This document shows, piece after piece, positions 33,374 through 45,923 of a DNA stretch of 64,000 nucleotides. Origin of the DNA: an uncultured Bacillales bacterium (GTDB taxonomy: Bacteria > Bacillota > Bacilli > Bacillales > UBA6769); the NCBI GenBank assembly GCA_937983115.1, contig CALKAO010000112.1:16902-80901 (forward strand). Direction: 5' to 3'. Position 1 is the stretch's first letter. Every line of letters begins with the position of its first letter. The notes beneath the pieces were generated by a model. That model was not told the origin of the DNA. It did no database searches and worked only from the letters and a program-made list of their open reading frames with translations. Position numbers and translations under genes: made by a program.

Positions 33374-36300
33374 TTATTCTTGAGCAATTAACGTTTCTTC
33401 ATTTTCCGCGTCCGCTTGTTCCGCATCCTCTGCTTCGCTCTTTACCTTGATGCTGCGGTATCGAGCCATTCCAGTGCCCGCTGGCACAAGTTTCCCAATA
33501 ATGACGTTTTCTTTCAAGCCGAGCAGCTCGTCAACTTTTCCTTTGATTGCTGCGTCAGTCAAGACTCTCGTTGTTTCTTGGAAAGAAGCTGCTGACAAGA
33601 AGGAATCCGTTTCAAGCGAAGCTTTCGTGATTCCCAGCAATACCGGACGCGCTGTCGCAGGACGGCCGCCATTCAACAGAACTTCTTTGTTCACATCTTT
33701 AAAGGTATGCACGTCAAGCAGCGCGCCTGGAAGGACATCCGTGTCGCCGGCGTCGATAATGCGAACTTTCCGCATCATTTGGCGGACCATCACTTCGATG
33801 TGCTTATCGCCGATTTCAACGCCTTGCATGCGATACACTTTTTGCACTTCGCGAAGCAAATAAGATTGAACGCCTTCGATTCCCGTAATCCGAATCAATT
33901 CTTTCGGATCGATCGAGCCTTCCGTAATTTCTTGGCCGCCTTTGACTTCATCTCCAACGGAAACTTTAATTCTCGCACCATACGGAATTGTGTAGCGGCG
34001 CGTTTCGATTTCGCCTTGGACGACGACTTCACGCTTGTCTTTTGCATCGATCACATCGATGATTTTTCCATCTAATTCACTGATGACGGCTTGCCCTTTT
34101 GGATTTCGAGCTTCAAACAGCTCCTGAATTCTCGGCAAACCTTGCGTGATATCGTCTCCTGCCACACCGCCGGTATGGAATGTTCTCATCGTAAGCTGCG
34201 TACCCGGTTCGCCAATGGACTGGGCAGCGATAATGCCAACGGCTTCGCCGACTTCGACGTCGTCTCCTGTCGCTAAGTTCCGGCCATAGCATTTTTTACA
34301 GACGCCGTGTCTCGATTCGCATGTAAATACTGAACGAATCTGAACTTCTTCAATGCCGGCTTCAACAATTTTTGATGCAATGTCTTCGTTAATTTGTTCG
34401 TTTTTCTTCACAAGCACTTCATTCGTTTCAGGATGTTTGACAGTGCGAAACGCAGTTCTTCCGACAAGTCGATCGTACAAGCTTTCAATCACTTCGCTGC
34501 CATCCTGAATCGCCGTAACCGTTAAGCCGCGATCGGTTCCGCAGTCGACTTCTCTTACAATGACGTCTTGTGCAACGTCAACGAGGCGGCGGGTCAAATA
34601 GCCGGAGTCTGCAGTTTTCAAAGCCGTGTCAGCGAGCCCTTTGCGTGCGCCGTGCGTCGAAATAAAGTACTCAAGCACCGTTAGACCTTCGCGGAAGCTT
34701 GACTTAATCGGCAACTCGATAATTCGGCCCGCAGGGTTCGCCATGAGCCCGCGCATGCCCGCAAGCTGGGTAAAGTTTGACGGATTCCCTCTCGCACCGG
34801 AATCGCTCATCATAAAGATCGGATTCATGCTGTCAAGCGATTTCATCAAACGATCTTGGATGATGTCTTTTGCTTCGCTCCAAATGGAAATGACGCGTTC
34901 ATATCGCTCTTCTTCTGTGATTAATCCGCGGCGGAATTGCTTTTGGACTCTTTCTACTTTTTCTTCTGCTTCTTTTAAAATTTCCTGTTTTTCAGGGAGA
35001 ACAACAACGTCAGTTATCCCGACGGTTATCCCCGCCTGAGTGGAATATTTAAAACCTAGATCTTTCATAAGATCAAGCATTTTTGATGTTTCTGTGATTT
35101 TAAAGCGCTTGAATACTTCGGCAATAATTTTGCCAAGAATGCCTTTTTTAAACGGAGGGACAGGCTCGCGTTTTTCGAGCTCTTCTTTAATGTTTGCGCC
35201 AGGATCGACGAAATAGCGATCAGGCGTGGCCTGCTGCAAGTTTTCTGTTGTCGGCTCATTGATATACGGGAACGATTCCGGCATGATTTCATTGAAAATG
35301 AGCTTTCCGACGGTTGTCAGCAGCAGCTTTTTCTTTTGCTCTTCCGTAAAAGGCTTTTTCCCAAGCGAGTCCGCTTTAATCGCAACGCGCGTGTGCAAAT
35401 GAACATGCCCGTTTTGATAGGCGATCAATGCTTCATTCGTATCTTTGAAGATCATGCCTTCGCCAATCGCGCCTTTTTTCTCAATCGTCAAGTAATAATT
35501 GCCGAGCACCATGTCTTGAGAAGGCGTTACAACCGGCTTTCCATCTTTCGGATTTAATATGTTTTGGGCAGCAAGCATTAAAATTCTTGCTTCAGCTTGC
35601 GCTTCGGCCGATAACGGAACATGCACCGCCATCTGGTCGCCATCAAAGTCAGCATTATACGCGGTACAGACGAGCGGATGCAGTTGAATGGCGCGGCCTT
35701 CAACAAGGACGGGCTCAAACGCTTGAATGCCTAAACGATGCAGCGTCGGAGCGCGGTTTAAAAGCACAGGGTGCTCTTTAATGACTTCTTCAAGAACGTC
35801 CCACACTTCAGCATGAAGTTTTTCAATTTTTCGTTTTGCACTTTTGATGTTATGCGCAAACCCTTTTGCAACAAGTTCTTTCATGACAAACGGTTTAAAC
35901 AGCTCAAGCGCCATTTCTTTCGGCAAACCGCACTGATACATTTTTAATTTTGGCCCTACGACAATGACGGAACGCCCAGAATAGTCAACGCGCTTTCCGA
36001 GCAAGTTCTGTCTAAAACGGCCTTGTTTTCCTTTTAGCATATGGGAAAGCGATTTTAACGGACGATTGCCCGGACCCGTGACAGGCCGGCCGCGGCGGCC
36101 ATTGTCAATCAGCGCATCAACAGCTTCTTGCAGCATCCGCTTTTCATTTTGCACGATAATGTTTGGCGCGCCCAAATCAAGCAAGCGTTTCAAACGATTG
36201 TTTCGGTTGATGACGCGGCGGTACAAATCGTTTAAATCAGACGTTGCAAAACGGCCTCCGTCAAGCTGAACCATCGGGCGAAGCTCCGGAGGGATGACAG

Positions 36301-36994
36301 GCAAAACATCTAAAACCATCCATTCCGGTTTGTTTCCTGAATTGCGAAACGCTTCAAGCACTTCCAAGCGTTTGATGGCTCTTGTCCGCCTTTGTCCTTG
36401 AATGGTTTTCAACTCTTCTTTTAATTCTTCGACTTCTTTTTCCAAATCAACGTCTTGAAGCAGTTTTTTAATCGCTTCGGCCCCCATTTGCGCTGAAAAT
36501 GACTGCCCATACTTTTCGCGATACACACGATATTCTTTTTCTGATAGCAGCTGCTTTCTCTCAAGTGGTGTATCACCCGGATCCGTAACAACATATGATG
36601 CAAAGTAAATAATTTCCTCCAATGCGCGCGGCGACATATCGAGCAGCAAACCCATTCTGCTCGGAATCCCTTTAAAATACCAAATATGGGAAACTGGGGC
36701 AGCCAATTCGATGTGCCCCATTCTTTCCCTTCTCACTTTCGCGCGAGTCACTTCAACGCCGCAGCGATCGCAAACAACGCCTTTATATCGAACACGCTTA
36801 TACTTGCCGCAATGGCATTCCCAATCTTTTGTCGGGCCGAAAATCCGTTCGCAAAACAGCCCGTCTTTTTCAGGCTTTAACGTGCGGTAATTGATCGTTT
36901 CGGGTTTTTTTACTTCCCCTCGCGACCATGAACGAATTTTATTCGGTGAAGCTAGACCAATTTTCATATACTCAAAATTGTTGACATCTATCAA
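33374..36994 (-). CDS. rpoC: DNA-directed RNA polymerase subunit beta'
   Basis: 1206 aa; [12 protein letters not shown] catalytic motif; TTG start with GGGAGGT RBS. Confidence 0.98.
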   Translation of the reverse strand: MIDVNNFEYMKIGLASPNKIRSWSRGEVKKPETINYRTLKPEKDGLFCERIFGPTKDWECHCGKYKRVRYKGVVCDRCGVEVTRAKVRRERMGHIELAAPVSHIWYFKGIPSRMGLLLDMSPRALEEIIYFASYVVTDPGDTPLERKQLLSEKEYRVYREKYGQSFSAQMGAEAIKKLLQDVDLEKEVEELKEELKTIQGQRRTRAIKRLEVLEAFRNSGNKPEWMVLDVLPVIPPELRPMVQLDGGRFATSDLNDLYRRVINRNNRLKRLLDLGAPNIIVQNEKRMLQEAVDALIDNGRRGRPVTGPGNRPLKSLSHMLKGKQGRFRQNLLGKRVDYSGRSVIVVGPKLKMYQCGLPKEMALELFKPFVMKELVAKGFAHNIKSAKRKIEKLHAEVWDVLEEVIKEHPVLLNRAPTLHRLGIQAFEPVLVEGRAIQLHPLVCTAYNADFDGDQMAVHVPLSAEAQAEARILMLAAQNILNPKDGKPVVTPSQDMVLGNYYLTIEKKGAIGEGMIFKDTNEALIAYQNGHVHLHTRVAIKADSLGKKPFTEEQKKKLLLTTVGKLIFNEIMPESFPYINEPTTENLQQATPDRYFVDPGANIKEELEKREPVPPFKKGILGKIIAEVFKRFKITETSKMLDLMKDLGFKYSTQAGITVGITDVVVLPEKQEILKEAEEKVERVQKQFRRGLITEEERYERVISIWSEAKDIIQDRLMKSLDSMNPIFMMSDSGARGNPSNFTQLAGMRGLMANPAGRIIELPIKSSFREGLTVLEYFISTHGARKGLADTALKTADSGYLTRRLVDVAQDVIVREVDCGTDRGLTVTAIQDGSEVIESLYDRLVGRTAFRTVKHPETNEVLVKKNEQINEDIASKIVEAGIEEVQIRSVFTCESRHGVCKKCYGRNLATGDDVEVGEAVGIIAAQSIGEPGTQLTMRTFHTGGVAGDDITQGLPRIQELFEARNPKGQAVISELDGKIIDVIDAKDKREVVVQGEIETRRYTIPYGARIKVSVGDEVKGGQEITEGSIDPKELIRITGIEGVQSYLLREVQKVYRMQGVEIGDKHIEVMVRQMMRKVRIIDAGDTDVLPGALLDVHTFKDVNKEVLLNGGRPATARPVLLGITKASLETDSFLSAASFQETTRVLTDAAIKGKVDELLGLKENVIIGKLVPAGTGMARYRSIKVKSEAEDAEQADAENEETLIAQE

Positions 36995-37051
36995 AGGGGC
37001 TACCTCCCTTTCTATTTCGGCTGCTTATCTTGCTATTGAAAAACAACACGC

Positions 37052-40000
37052 TTATTCTCTAGCGCCAACCGATTCCGTCTGCAAGTTCAATCGCTCATTG
37101 GACGGATCATCTTCATCATCCAGCTCTTTCATTTCAATTTCTTCATTATCGCCTGACAAAATTTTGACGTCCATTCCGAGGCTTTGCAATTCTTTTATCA
37201 ATACTTTAAATGATTCTGGAACGCCTGGCTCCGGTACATTTTCACCTTTCACGATCGCTTCATACGTTTTCACACGTCCGACGACATCATCAGATTTAAC
37301 CGTCAAAATTTCTTGCAGCGTGTAAGCCGCTCCATAAGCTTCGAGCGCCCATACTTCCATCTCGCCAAAACGCTGTCCGCCGAATTGCGCTTTTCCGCCA
37401 AGGGGCTGCTGCGTAACGAGCGAGTATGGACCCGTTGACCGAGCATGAAGCTTGTCGTCAACCATATGTGCCAGTTTGATCATGTACATCACACCGACAG
37501 AAATGCGATTGTCAAACGGTTCGCCGGTTCTGCCGTCATATAATATCGTTTTTCCATCACGCGGCAATCCAGCTTCTTCGAGCGTATCCCAAACGTCCTG
37601 TTCATTCGCTCCGTCAAATACCGGCGTTGCGACATAAATGCCCAAACGCTTGGCCGCCATGCCGAGATGAAGTTCAAGCACTTGGCCGATATTCATCCGC
37701 GACGGCACGCCGAGCGGATTCAGCATCACGTCAATCGGCGTTCCATCAGGCAAATACGGCATGTCTTCGACCGGTAAAATTTTGGAAATAACCCCTTTAT
37801 TTCCGTGGCGTCCTGCCATTTTGTCGCCTTCATGGATTTTCCGCTTTTGAACGATGTACACGCGGACAAGTTGATTGACTCCTGGAGGCAATTCATCGCC
37901 GTCTTCGCGGTTAAACACTTTAACGTCCAGAACAATGCCGTCGCCGCCATGCGGAACACGCAGTGACGTATCGCGGACTTCGCGGGCTTTTTCACCAAAA
38001 ATCGCATGCAGCAGACGTTCCTCCGCTGTCAATTCAGTCACGCCTTTCGGCGTCACTTTTCCAACGAGAATGTCGCCGGCCCGGACTTCAGCACCGATGC
38101 GAATGATTCCTCTTTCATCTAAATTGCGAAGCGCATCTTCTCCTACATTCGGTATATCGCGTGTAATTTCTTCCGGCCCCAGTTTTGTGTCACGAGCTTC
38201 CGATTCATATTCTTCGATATGGATTGAAGTATAGACGTCATCTTTGACAAGCCGTTCGCTCATGATAATCGCATCTTCGTAGTTGTATCCATCCCAGGTC
38301 ATAAATGCAACAAGCACGTTGCGGCCAAGTGCCAGTTCGCCTTTTTCCATTGACGGGCCGTCAGCTAAAATCTCATCTTTTTCAACTCGTTCGCCTTTTT
38401 TGACGACTGGCCGTTGATTGTAGCAGGTGCCTTGGTTAGAGCGTACGAATTTTTGCAAGTTGTATTTATCAAGTTCTCCATGCACCTCTTTGCCGTCGAC
38501 CTCTTCAATGCGTCTCACCCAAATTTCGGATGCTGTGACGCGTTCAACGATGCCGTCATGTTTGCAAATGACGGCAGCCCCTGAATCTTTTGCGGAAACA
38601 TACTCGATTCCAGTGCCGACAATCGGCGCCTCAGGAACGAGAAGCGGCACAGCTTGACGCTGCATGTTCGCACCCATGAGCGCACGGTTTGAGTCATCGT
38701 TTTCCAAAAAAGGAATGCATGCGGTCGCCGCCGATACCACTTGTTTTGGCGACACGTCCATGTAATCAATCAATTCACGCTTGAATACCGCATTGTTTCC
38801 GCGAAAACGGGCATACACCGTTTCATTGGCAAACGTGCCATCTTCATTTAGCGGTTCGTTCGCTTGAGCGACAATATAATGATCTTCTTCATCTGCCGTT
38901 AAGTAATCAATTTGATCCGTTACTTTTCCTGTTTCCGGATCAACCCGGCGGTAAGGCGTCTCAATAAATCCGTATTTATTGACTTTTGCGTATGTTGAAA
39001 GCGAGTTAATCAAGCCGATGTTTGGCCCTTCGGGCGTTTCAATCGGACACATTCTTCCGTAATGGGAATAATGCACATCACGGACTTCCATGCCTGCACG
39101 CTCGCGCGTCAACCCGCCTGGCCCCAACGCTGAAAGGCGGCGTTTATGCGTCAATTCCGCCAGCGGGTTCGTCTGATCCATAAATTGAGAAAGCTGCGAA
39201 CTGCCGAAAAACTCTTTGATCGCTGCAATGACCGGGCGAATGTTAATGAGCGCCTGCGGCGTGATCACGTTTGTATCTTGAATCGACATCCGTTCGCGGA
39301 CCACCCGTTCCATCCGAGAAAGCCCAATTCTAAACTGATTCTGCAGCAGCTCGCCGACAGAACGAAGGCGGCGGTTGCCGAGATGGTCAATGTCATCAAT
39401 ATTTCCAACATTGTGAAGCAAATTGAAGAAATAATTCACCGAAGCAATAATGTCTTCAGGCATAATATGTTTTACACTTTCCTCAATGTTTCCGTTGCCG
39501 ATGACATGAATAATTTTTTCATCATCATCAGGAGCGAAAATTTTAATCGACTGAATTTTGACTTCGCCATCGTCAACAACTCCGCCATAAGGCCGGAACG
39601 TGCGATAGCCAACATTTTTTTCCAATGAAGGCAAGATTTTATCGAGCAGTCTGCGATCGAGAACATCGCCGACATCTGCAAGCACTTCGCCAGTTTCAGC
39701 ATCAACAATCTTTTCAGCCAGCCGCTGATTGAATAAGCGGTTTTTAATATGAAGCTTTTTGTTGATCTTGTAACGACCTACGCTGGCAAGATCGTATCGT
39801 TTCGGATCAAAGAATCGCGATTCAATTAAATTTTTCGCATTTTCAATCGTCGGCGGTTCGCCTGGACGCAAACGTTCATAAATTTCAATCAACGCTTTTT
39901 CTGGACTGTCGGTATTGTCTTTTTCCAGTGTATTTCTTAAAAACTCGTCTTCTCCCAGAAGGTCGATGATTTCTTGATCAGAGCCAAACCCTAATGCCCT

Positions 40001-40588
40001 TAGCAGGACTGTAACCGGAATTTTGCGCGTCCGATCAATTCGAACATACACAATATCTTTTGCATCGGTCTCGAATTCGAGCCATGCTCCTCGGTTTGGT
40101 ATCACGGTAGCCGTAAAGCCGCGTTTCCCGTTTTTGTCAATTTTCTCGCTGTAATAAACGCTCGGGGAACGGACAAGCTGAGATACGATGACCCGTTCGG
40201 CTCCATTAATAATAAACGTGCCGTTTTCCGTCATGAGAGGAAAGTCTCCCATGAACACCTCTTGCTCTTTCACTTCGCCGGTTTCTTTATTAATCAACCG
40301 AACTTTGACTCGAAGCGGCGCCGAATATGTAACATCGCGTTCTTTCGCTTCTTCTACCGAATACTTCGCTTCTCCGAGACTGTAATCTACAAATTCAAGC
40401 ACAAGATTCCCCGTAAAATCTTCAATCGGAGAAATGTCTTGAAACATCTCGCGCAATCCCTCATCAAGAAACCATTGGTAAGAAGCCGTTTGAATTTCGA
40501 TAAGATTTGGGAGCTCCAATACTTCGTTAATTCTTGCATACGATCTTCTTTGGCGGTGGCGTCCATACTGAATTAGTTGACCTGTCAA
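37052..40588 (-). CDS. rpoB: DNA-directed RNA polymerase subunit beta
   Basis: (M)[35 protein letters not shown] 40588 with AAGGGGTGA upstream matches the B. subtilis TTG start. The track ATG 40597 sits within the RBS. Confidence 0.97.
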   Translation of the reverse strand: MTGQLIQYGRHRQRRSYARINEVLELPNLIEIQTASYQWFLDEGLREMFQDISPIEDFTGNLVLEFVDYSLGEAKYSVEEAKERDVTYSAPLRVKVRLINKETGEVKEQEVFMGDFPLMTENGTFIINGAERVIVSQLVRSPSVYYSEKIDKNGKRGFTATVIPNRGAWLEFETDAKDIVYVRIDRTRKIPVTVLLRALGFGSDQEIIDLLGEDEFLRNTLEKDNTDSPEKALIEIYERLRPGEPPTIENAKNLIESRFFDPKRYDLASVGRYKINKKLHIKNRLFNQRLAEKIVDAETGEVLADVGDVLDRRLLDKILPSLEKNVGYRTFRPYGGVVDDGEVKIQSIKIFAPDDDEKIIHVIGNGNIEESVKHIMPEDIIASVNYFFNLLHNVGNIDDIDHLGNRRLRSVGELLQNQFRIGLSRMERVVRERMSIQDTNVITPQALINIRPVIAAIKEFFGSSQLSQFMDQTNPLAELTHKRRLSALGPGGLTRERAGMEVRDVHYSHYGRMCPIETPEGPNIGLINSLSTYAKVNKYGFIETPYRRVDPETGKVTDQIDYLTADEEDHYIVAQANEPLNEDGTFANETVYARFRGNNAVFKRELIDYMDVSPKQVVSAATACIPFLENDDSNRALMGANMQRQAVPLLVPEAPIVGTGIEYVSAKDSGAAVICKHDGIVERVTASEIWVRRIEEVDGKEVHGELDKYNLQKFVRSNQGTCYNQRPVVKKGERVEKDEILADGPSMEKGELALGRNVLVAFMTWDGYNYEDAIIMSERLVKDDVYTSIHIEEYESEARDTKLGPEEITRDIPNVGEDALRNLDERGIIRIGAEVRAGDILVGKVTPKGVTELTAEERLLHAIFGEKAREVRDTSLRVPHGGDGIVLDVKVFNREDGDELPPGVNQLVRVYIVQKRKIHEGDKMAGRHGNKGVISKILPVEDMPYLPDGTPIDVMLNPLGVPSRMNIGQVLELHLGMAAKRLGIYVATPVFDGANEQDVWDTLEEAGLPRDGKTILYDGRTGEPFDNRISVGVMYMIKLAHMVDDKLHARSTGPYSLVTQQPLGGKAQFGGQRFGEMEVWALEAYGAAYTLQEILTVKSDDVVGRVKTYEAIVKGENVPEPGVPESFKVLIKELQSLGMDVKILSGDNEEIEMKELDDEDDPSNERLNLQTESVGARE

Positions 40589-41285
40589 CTCATTCACCCC
40601 TTAAATCATTGCATTTTAATGTCATCTACCATTTGAGAAATCGGCGCGCGTTCCATTATAAATTGAACTTCTGGCACGCAAGCTGCCAACAGGAACCCAG
40701 TAAAAAAGTCAGGTGTGCGATCGTTTAAAGAACAAAAAAGAAAAGGGAGACGAAAGCCTCTTTTCCCCTTTAACTTTTCTAATTATGTTAGTCTTGCCGA
40801 ATCTCTTTTTATTCATACATGACAAAAAGAACCTTCTCACATTGCCTTTTTACATATGCAAGGCTTCGCTGCCTAAGGAACGGAAGGATCTTTGCCGGTC
40901 TTTCGTAGAATTGACGGTCTAAAGTGTTAGCATTAAATAATGCTATCATATTTAAAACCAAGAATCAACAACAATTTTCATTTCCAACGAATATCCGAAA
41001 AAGCCGCAATGGAAATTTTTTTCATAAGTTAAAAGGCATCAGCCATGGACATATTTGCATCATGCCGCAGCTTGCCCGCTTTGTGCAGCGATGAAAGCTT
41101 TCGAAGCTTTGCGCCAGCCGCCATGCATTTTTATGCCGAATCCAGCGCGCGAATCGAAACTTCTGAATCGGTTGGCAAGACAAGATAGCGGCGGCAGAAC
41201 TTCTTTTTGTTAGGGGAAAAATTCAGAATTTTTATTGTATTGCCAAACATTTTGCGCCATTTTTTGTTTAAAGGGGGCGTCGCAC

Positions 41286-42744
41286 ATGGAGAAAACGATA
41301 AAAAGCGAGATTCTTGATTCCGACGCAGCTACGCTTGCAAAAGAGATTCGCTCTGGAAAAATCTCTTCCTATGAAGCTGCGAAAACATACATCACGCATA
41401 TCAAGCGGATCAACCACCGGATCAATGGGCTGGTGGAAGAACGGTTCGATGAAGCTTTGCAAGAGGCAAAGAAATGCGACGAACGGCGAAAAGCAGGGAA
41501 AATTGCCGGAAAATTATTCGGCGTTCCAATCACCGTTAAAGATCTGTTTCATGTCAAAGGGATGAGAACGACTTCAGGGCTTGTTCACAGAGCGGATACG
41601 ATTGAATCCGAAGATTCCAAAGTTGTAAAACGATTAAAAAACGAAGGAGCCATTATCATTGGAAAAACGAATACGGGCGTGTTGGGGCTGCATTTTGAAT
41701 CAGCAAATAAATACACGGCGCAACGAAAAACCCATGGAATGAAACGCGGACGGCCGGCGGTTCCAGCGGCGGATGCGGCGCACTCATTGCAAGCGGCGGA
41801 GCAGCCGCCAGCGTCGGATCGGATATTTTCGGTTCGCTGCGCAATCCAGCCCATTTTAACGGAGTCATTACATTTAAAAGTGGATCTCGGCAAAGTTTCA
41901 GACGCCGGCCATCTCCCCGCGCCTGCCGCCCACCCTTTGCAAGAGGCAATGCTCGGAATTGGAGCGTTGAGCAAATCGGTGGCTGATGCAGAACTGATTC
42001 ACTCGATCATCGCCAAAGAAAATCCTCCAGACATAAATCTTGAAAAGTTTCAGCTTGTCATTCCTGAACCGAAATATCGCGTTTCATCCGATACGTTAAC
42101 GGCACTGCATGCCGTGCGCGCTTTTTTAAAAAAATCTTTTCCCGTGCTAACCGAAGCGGACGTTCCGCACTTAAACTCCATGCTGACGATTCATCATTTG
42201 CAAATCTTATCGATTGACGGCGGCAAAGATATCTGGCCACTGGCATTCAACGACAACATGAGGTTTCCAATTTTTCGCACATTAATCAAAGAACGGATGG
42301 CCAATAACACCGATGACAACTGCTTCTTTTTAAAAACAATGGCGCTCGGAAAAATCGGAACCGTTCTATTTCAGACAAATTCAGAAAAAATCAGAGGGCT
42401 GGAAAGAAAAATTGCCAAAAAAATTGAAGATGCAAATCGATTTTTTAAATCATGCGGTTTTAATCTTGCCGTCGTATCCGACACCCGCTAAAAAACATCA
42501 AAAACTCGACGGCGGGCTGTTTTCAAACCGTTTAAAAATCCTGAGAAAAATGCCTTATACGAGCTATGCCAACGTTCTCGGGCTGCCTGCGCTTTCCGTT
42601 CCAATTGCAGAAGATAAACACGGTCTGCCGATCAGCTTGCAGCTGATCAGCCGCATTGGAAATGAAAACGCATTGTTTCACATCGGCGCAATTCTTGAAA
42701 AAGCGTTTCGCGGCTGCAAACGGGCAAAACACTTGGAAACATAA
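41286..42744 (+). pseudogene. Amidase-signature family (GatA-like) amidase, disrupted by at least three frameshifts
   Basis: The N-terminus (MEKTIKSEILD...GVPITVKDLF...GKTNT) is in frame 0. The signature block [50 protein letters not shown] is only readable in another frame from ~41717. It returns to frame 0 near 41885 ([10 protein letters not shown]...). The C-terminus (AVLILPSYPTPA...NVLGLPALSVPIAEDKHGLPISLQLIS) is in a third frame after a T6 run at 42441..42446. Confidence 0.8.
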
Positions 42745-42749
42745 ACGCA

Positions 42750-43346
42750 TTATTTGCGCATCCGGAAAATGTTATATCCTTTCGCTTTGTTGACGACGTC
42801 AACATTGCCAAACAGCGACATTAATTTTTTTTGAGCCGAAGGCGCGCCCTGCTTTTTTTGAATGACGAGCCAAAACTCGCCTTCCGGAAGCAAACTTTCA
42901 TGCGCTTGATGAAAAAGTTCATAGACAACTTTTTTTCCAGCTCGAATGGGAGGGTTTGATACAACCGCGGCGTAACGCTCCGTTTTTACGTTTTCCAGCA
43001 AATCGCTTTTCAGCACGACTGCATTGTGCACTCCGTTCACCAAGCGATTTTTTTCAGCCAGCTCGACTGCGCGCTCGTTAATATCAACCATCACAATTTT
43101 TCGTTCAGGCGCTTGTTTCGCCAATGCGAGGCCGATGGGGCCGTATCCGCAGCCAACATCGGCAATGGGCCCTTTTTGGGCTGGAAAGCGAAACGATTCA
43201 ATAAGCAGCCTCGTTCCAAAGTCAATCATGCGCTTTGAAAAGACGCCGACATCTGTTGTAAACGTCAAATGATGGCCATTTACAGTTAAATCAATGCGTT
43301 TCGGCGCACGCTTCGCTGATGGTTTTTCAGAATAATAATGCTCCAA
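42750..43346 (-). CDS. ybxB: Class I SAM-dependent methyltransferase (YbxB / RsmC-like)
   Basis: (M)EHYYSEKPS... from TTG 43346 (GAGGTG upstream); DVGCGYGPIG motif I and NPPIRAG motif IV. Same position as B. subtilis ybxB. Confidence 0.88.
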   Translation of the reverse strand: MEHYYSEKPSAKRAPKRIDLTVNGHHLTFTTDVGVFSKRMIDFGTRLLIESFRFPAQKGPIADVGCGYGPIGLALAKQAPERKIVMVDINERAVELAEKNRLVNGVHNAVVLKSDLLENVKTERYAAVVSNPPIRAGKKVVYELFHQAHESLLPEGEFWLVIQKKQGAPSAQKKLMSLFGNVDVVNKAKGYNIFRMRK

Positions 43347-43384
43347 GCTTCCCACCTCTTTTGCCAATCTTCATGGCCAGAATG

Positions 43385-43436
43385 CAAAATAGCAGGGCAT
43401 GCCCTCCTTTTCAACAGGCACACCCTGCTTTTTTTC
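43385..43436 (-). terminator. Terminator-like hairpin after rplL (usable in both directions)
   Basis: AGCAGGG..CCCTGCT outer stem with an inner TGCC/GGCA stem. ATTTTG follows on the minus strand and T7 on the plus strand. Confidence 0.45.
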
Positions 43437-43441
43437 ATCGC

Positions 43442-43810
43442 TTATTTAAGTTCGACGCCAGCGCCGACTTCTTCAAGCTTCGCTTTAATTTCTTCAGCTT
43501 CTTCTTTTTCTACGCCTTCTTTAATTGGCTTTGGAGCGTTGTCAACAAGTTCTTTCGCATCTTTAAGGCCAAGCCCTGTAATTTCGCGAACCACTTTGAT
43601 GACTTTAATTTTGCTTGCACCAGCATCTGTCAAAACAACATCAAATTCTGATTGCTCTTCTGCTCCATCTCCTGCAGCGGCTGCTCCGCCAGCAACTGCA
43701 ACAGGTGCAGCGGCAGTAACGCCAAATTCTTCTTCAATGGCTTTGACAAGATCATTTAACTCAAGCACTGTCATTTCTTTTATCGCTTCAATAATTTCTT
43801 CTTTGCTCAT
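43442..43810 (-). CDS. rplL: 50S ribosomal protein L7/L12
   Basis: 122 aa, ...[21 protein letters not shown]...[20 protein letters not shown]. Confidence 0.96.
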   Translation of the reverse strand: MSKEEIIEAIKEMTVLELNDLVKAIEEEFGVTAAAPVAVAGGAAAAGDGAEEQSEFDVVLTDAGASKIKVIKVVREITGLGLKDAKELVDNAPKPIKEGVEKEEAEEIKAKLEEVGAGVELK

Positions 43811-43860
43811 AATTCATTTCCTCCTTAAATGAAAACTTTCTTTGTCATCAGGCGATCTGA

Positions 43861-44364
43861 TTATGCGCCTTCTTCTCCTTCTTTTTGATCAGCAACTGCT
43901 TTTGCAGCCAGCGCAAAGTTGCGCATTGGCGCTTGCAAGACGCTAAGCAGCATGGAAAGAAGCCCTTCGCGAGACGGCAGCTCTGCAAGTGCTTTAATTT
44001 CATCAAGCGATACGACACGGCCTTCAATCACGCCTGTTTTAATTTCGAGCGCTTCATGATCTTTGGCAAATTTGCTCAGCACTTTTGCAGGCGCAACAAC
44101 ATCTTCATTGCTGAACGCAATCGCTGTAGGGCCGACGAGTTGTTCATCGAGTTCTGTCATGTCAGCTTCCGCTGTAGCGCGGCGAACCAGTGTGTTTTTG
44201 TATACTTTGAATTCTACGCCGGCTTCGCGCAGCTGTTTGCGCAATTCTGTTGCAGCCGCGACATTCAAGCCGCGATAGTCAACGAGAATCGTCGCTTTAC
44301 TCGCTCGCAGTTTTTCTGTAATCTCGCTAACAATTTGTTTTTTGCTCTCTAATTTGCTGCTCAC
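43861..44364 (-). CDS. rplJ: 50S ribosomal protein L10
   Basis: 167 aa, ...[36 protein letters not shown]. Confidence 0.95.
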   Translation of the reverse strand: MSSKLESKKQIVSEITEKLRASKATILVDYRGLNVAAATELRKQLREAGVEFKVYKNTLVRRATAEADMTELDEQLVGPTAIAFSNEDVVAPAKVLSKFAKDHEALEIKTGVIEGRVVSLDEIKALAELPSREGLLSMLLSVLQAPMRNFALAAKAVADQKEGEEGA

Positions 44365-44560
44365 TGTGACACCTCCTAAATCGTCATACCGTGCCGCGGT
44401 AGCGGCGGCAGCCTAAAAAAACCTTCATGCCGATCGACATGAAGGTGCTATCTATCGAACGAAACGCCGTTCGTTCCGCCAAATAACCACCTCGGTAGGA
44501 TGATTAAGTGCGCATCGGCACCCCTACTGTCTACGGTATGATTGCATTTCATATTTTCAC
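44365..44560 (-). promoter_or_regulatory. rplJ (L10) leader with intrinsic attenuator hairpin
   Basis: The 5' UTR contains GAACGAA/TTCGTTC and ACCTTCATG-tcgatcgg-CATGAAGGT followed by TTTTTTT (attenuator 44414..44446), ~50 nt before the rplJ RBS. B. subtilis rplJL is autoregulated through such a leader. Confidence 0.65.
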
Positions 44561-44567
44561 TTGTTTC

Positions 44568-44596
44568 AGTATAAACGCGATGTACAAACAAGTCAA
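44568..44596 (-). promoter_or_regulatory. Sigma-A promoter of rplJ-rplL
   Basis: TTGACT (44596..44591), 17-nt spacer, TATACT (44573..44568). Confidence 0.6.
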
Positions 44597-44599
44597 CGC

Positions 44600-45292
44600 T
44601 TAAACATAAGCAGCAGGATTTACTTTAATTCCAGGCCCCATCGTAGACGAGACTGAAATATTTTTCAAGTACGCGCCTTTTGCAGCAGCAGGCTTCGCTT
44701 TGACAAGCGCATCAATAATCGTTTCAAAGTTCTCTACCAGCTTCTCCGTCTCGAATGAAACTTTTCCAATTGGCGTATGAACATTGCCTGCTTTGTCAAC
44801 ACGATACTCGACTTTTCCAGCTTTGATTTCTTTTACCGCCTTTTCAATTTCAAATGTCACTGTTCCGGTTTTCGGGTTTGGCATCAATCCTTTCGGACCG
44901 AGAACACGTCCGAGTTTTCCGACTTCAGCCATCATGTCCGGAGTTGCAACAATGACATCAAAATCAAACCAGCCTTGGTTGATTTTATTAATATACTCTT
45001 GATCGCCAACATAATCGGCGCCGGCTGCTTCCGCTTCCTTCGCTTTTTCGCCTTTAGCAAACACGAGCACGCGCTGTGTTTTTCCAGTGCCGTTCGGCAG
45101 CACTACAGCGCCGCGAATTTGTTGATCGTTTTTGCGCGGATCGACACCTAGGCGAACCGCAACTTCGACGGTTTCATCAAAATTCGCTTTTGCTGTTTTT
45201 TTAACCAGCTCCAGCGCTTCCTTTGCATCATAAAGTTTCGTTTTGTCAATGAGTTTGACAGACTCCAGGTATTTTTTGCCTTTCTTTGCCAA
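44600..45292 (-). CDS. rplA: 50S ribosomal protein L1
   Basis: (M)[21 protein letters not shown]... from TTG 45292 (GGGAGG 8 nt upstream). An ATG two codons earlier has only 2-nt RBS spacing. The track start is over-extended. Confidence 0.94.
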   Translation of the reverse strand: MAKKGKKYLESVKLIDKTKLYDAKEALELVKKTAKANFDETVEVAVRLGVDPRKNDQQIRGAVVLPNGTGKTQRVLVFAKGEKAKEAEAAGADYVGDQEYINKINQGWFDFDVIVATPDMMAEVGKLGRVLGPKGLMPNPKTGTVTFEIEKAVKEIKAGKVEYRVDKAGNVHTPIGKVSFETEKLVENFETIIDALVKAKPAAAKGAYLKNISVSSTMGPGIKVNPAAYV

Positions 45293-45364
45293 TTTCATTT
45301 CCTCCCTATTGTGGTATAACGGATTGTCCTCCCACGCGTTCAACCGAAACCTCGGCTTCCTGCC

Positions 45365-45790
45365 TTAATCTTCAACAGTAATTCCCATGCTGCGCGCTGT
45401 TCCTTCCACCATTTTCATCGCCGCCTCTACGCTTGCAGCATTTAAATCAGGCATTTTCAATTCAGCGATTTCACGAATTTTTGCACGCTTGATGGTTGCG
45501 ACTTTGTTTTTGTTCGGCTCGCCTGAACCTGATTTAATGCCGGCTTCCTTTTTCAAAAGCACAGCAGCAGGCGGTGTTTTTGTAATAAACGTAAATGAGC
45601 GATCTTCAAAAACGGTGATTTCAACCGGAACGATTAAACCTGCATTTTCTTGCGTACGCGCGTTGAATTCTTTACAAAATTCCATAATGTTGATGCCAGC
45701 TTGGCCAAGCGCAGGCCCCACCGGCGGCGCTGGATTTGCTTTTCCAGCAGGGATTTGAAGTTTAACAACTTGAAACACTTTTTTAGCCAC
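45365..45790 (-). CDS. rplK: 50S ribosomal protein L11
   Basis: 141 aa from GTG 45790 (AAGGAGGTG upstream): (M)[29 protein letters not shown]. Confidence 0.95.
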   Translation of the reverse strand: MAKKVFQVVKLQIPAGKANPAPPVGPALGQAGINIMEFCKEFNARTQENAGLIVPVEITVFEDRSFTFITKTPPAAVLLKKEAGIKSGSGEPNKNKVATIKRAKIREIAELKMPDLNAASVEAAMKMVEGTARSMGITVED

Positions 45791-45923
45791 GTGACACACC
45801 TCCTTAAGTCCGTGATGTGGTATTTGGGCTTGCACCCTCCCACCCATAAAAAACAAAAGCCGCAAATGGACTTTTGAAACATTAAAATTCTATCATTTTT
45901 ATAAAACAAAAGCAAACTCGCGA

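Noticed and set aside
41585-41974. 129-aa and 97-aa minus-strand ORFs inside the amidase region
   Set aside because: They are GC-rich shadow frames of the amidase signature block with Ala/Gly/Arg-rich composition and no RBS.
41286-42744. Programmed ribosomal frameshifting to explain the amidase frame changes
   Set aside because: There are three shifts in different directions with no slippery heptamer plus stimulatory structure pattern. Decay or indels are the simpler explanation.
43338-43832. 164-aa plus-strand Ala/Ser-rich ORF
   Set aside because: It is the antisense reading of rplL, whose Ala/Glu/Lys-rich codons give a Ser/Ala/Phe-rich mirror frame. There are no start signals.
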